From assembly GCA_950097015.1 (NCBI GenBank), contig CATNEN010000039.1:19034001-19098000 (forward strand): DNA of 64,000 bases. Direction: 5' to 3'. The notes under the pieces were generated by a model, which was given only the letters and a program-made list of their open reading frames with translations, ran no database searches and was not told the DNA's origin. Position numbers and translations under genes: made by a program. Source of the stretch: Macrostomum hystrix. Its lineage: Eukaryota; Animalia; Platyhelminthes. Below are positions 61,835 through 64,000 of the stretch, piece after piece (positions within the stretch are counted from its first letter, which is position 1; each line of letters starts with the position of its first letter).

Positions 61835-64000
61835 CTGAAAGGAAGTTGTGCAACACTTTAGTAAACAGACGTTACACATTTTTTAATTGCGTTACACTCC
61901 ATCATAAAGAAAGTTAATACAAAAATTGACTTTGAAGAAACTCATTTTTTAATATTCGTTGTTAGCCTTACAACATAGTCCTATAAAACTTATAAAATGT
62001 ATTTTTGCAGCTTCTTCACTGACATCACGTACTACTTCTAGTAATAGTAAATGAAAAATGTAGAAAAAAATGAAGAATAAAATAATATACAATTATAATC
62101 TTTGCTGCCACTTTATCTCATAAACATAAAGGTCTTCTGCCCCAAGAAAAATTAATTGAGTAACAAAAACTAATAGTTAGATTATTAATTGAATTCTAAA
62201 TAAACTTAAGTTTACTCAAAAGCAAAAAATATCACACATCAATAGTTGGATACACAGAATATGTTTAGCCTAGTCCACTAGCATCAGCTAATATACCAAT
62301 TCGGAATATATAATTTCTACTAAAAAACATAAATTGGTCATGATTCTAGTCAACTAAAACTCTAAACTTTAACCCAAATTTGTACTATAGAATATTAGAA
62401 AAAATGTGTTAAAAATTACAAACGAATGGTTTAAATATTACTCAAAGTAGTATTACATAAATTGTAGCTAAAATCATTGTTTATGGTCTTGTATATACTT
62501 GGCAACAGTCCAAGGCATCACCTACAGAGTGAGGCAACTTCTGCCACACTTCAACCACAAGTGTGTAGCACAATTAAAATGAGAAAGAAGTCCCACCATT
62601 TGATATGGTGACAGTTTTGAATATTGCTCAGCCTCAGCCTCAGTGTAGTTCTGCTATAAAAGTAGCTATTGGAAGTCTGATTTCTTATATCATTTCTTTC
62701 TTTTTTCAGCAGTTTTTGTGTTCTCATTATTTGTTAATCAAGTAAAAATGATATAGGTAAATTACGGGACCTTATTTAGTGCCTAATGTTCATGGGGTAT
62801 TTAGTCAATTTCAACACTCAATTATCTTTACTGTTATTTTAGCTAGGCAAATTACAAAATGTGCAAAATAAATACCAATCAATTTTTTGGCTATTTATGA
62901 GGTTCCATAGGTACATATCTTTAGGATATGTTAATGTGTGAAAATGTAATAATTTCAGGACTCTGATATAATATCTTAGATATTGATAGCAATGCCAACA
63001 TGCAAAGTTTGGGCTTATACTTAGTTCAAAAAGCTATGAGGAGCCTTCTGGTTATTAACATTTTTGCTTTTTGGACCCTCTAGCAGTATCTGTGCCCTGT
63101 GTGGCATGCTAGGGTGGGGGTGCTAGTCACTTTGTCATCTACCATATCATCATATTGGATGACAAACTGACCAATTTAAATGGGTGCACTGTTGACAGAT
63201 GACAAAGTGACCAAGGTTCAACAGTTAATCAATTTGCGGATGACGAAGTGACTTAGATTATACTGATCTGAGAATTGTGCATGTAATGAGTATAGTTTGA
63301 TCCTGTACATTTTTGTGTAAGCGCATATACATGTGAGTTTTTTAGTGCCACTTGCAAGGAGAGATATACATCTTTATGATCTACTCAGATTTTCATGTGC
63401 TCACTAGCATAACTAGCTCAAAAATGTGTGGCGCCACTTGGCTGTGCTTATTGACTACCACTGACTCACTTTGCGTATCTGTGTACTTATATTTAAGTAC
63501 CCTATTTAGTGTATACATTGCCAATGTGCATAGCTTACATGTGCAGCATGTTACATGCATCTATGAAACAGTTTGATCGTGCAATATTGTAGGCTGCACA
63601 TTGCCATCAGTCATTTTGTAAAGAATATAAAGTACGGTTTGGCCATTTTATATAAAGTCGCACTCTCAGCTAAGCCATCTCTAGAGAGTTCTAATCACGT
63701 CAGTGTTAATTTTTTTGGCTCATGTTTGTGTTTCTAGAAAATGCCTGATTTGTGTATCCGTTGAGTACAGTGCCAGAAAAAATTCTGATTAAAGCCTTTT
63801 GCTAGAATGTTCATGATTGGGACACATTCCACCATACATGCGCAACACCCGGCAAACCCGGCCGGGTGAAACGAGTGCCAACCAAGGTATGTTGCAAAAA
63901 CCAATCTACCAAGCGCAAAAAATCAAAGGGACAAAAAAGGAAGGTGTGAAGAAAAGGAAAAGGGGGAGAGAAAAAGAGAGCAAATGAGAGCAAACTAAGT

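Noticed and set aside
59596-63993. Short ORFs in the last 4.4 kb
   Set aside because: No motifs and no consistent exon chain; cannot be supported from sequence alone

Overview
Eukaryotic (invertebrate animal) genomic DNA with spliceosomal GT-AG introns, GC-rich exons, AT-rich spacers and many 16-28 bp minisatellite arrays. The style resembles the flatworm Macrostomum, but that is inference only. Genes reconstructed by hand across splice sites: an RP1-like DCX-DCX-PLAT gene running off the left edge, a 3-exon unknown gene, a tandem GTP cyclohydrolase I cluster (two catalytic cores, three N-terminal exons), a secreted two-domain Takeout/JHBP-type lipid-binding protein, SERP1/RAMP4, lipin and an ARHGAP11-like RhoGAP. 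Mobile DNA: a complete 5.5 kb EnSpm/CACTA-type transposon (CCC termini, TA target duplication, intact transposase plus a spliced accessory gene) inserted into a SINE whose empty-site sibling is also in the window; two tRNA-derived SINE families; a MITE; and a ~380 bp non-coding Penelope-like insertion carrying an intact hammerhead ribozyme inside a 73 bp inverted repeat with a 14 bp target duplication. Most long ORFs in the supplied track are satellite artefacts. No confidently recognisable gene lies in the last ~19 kb.
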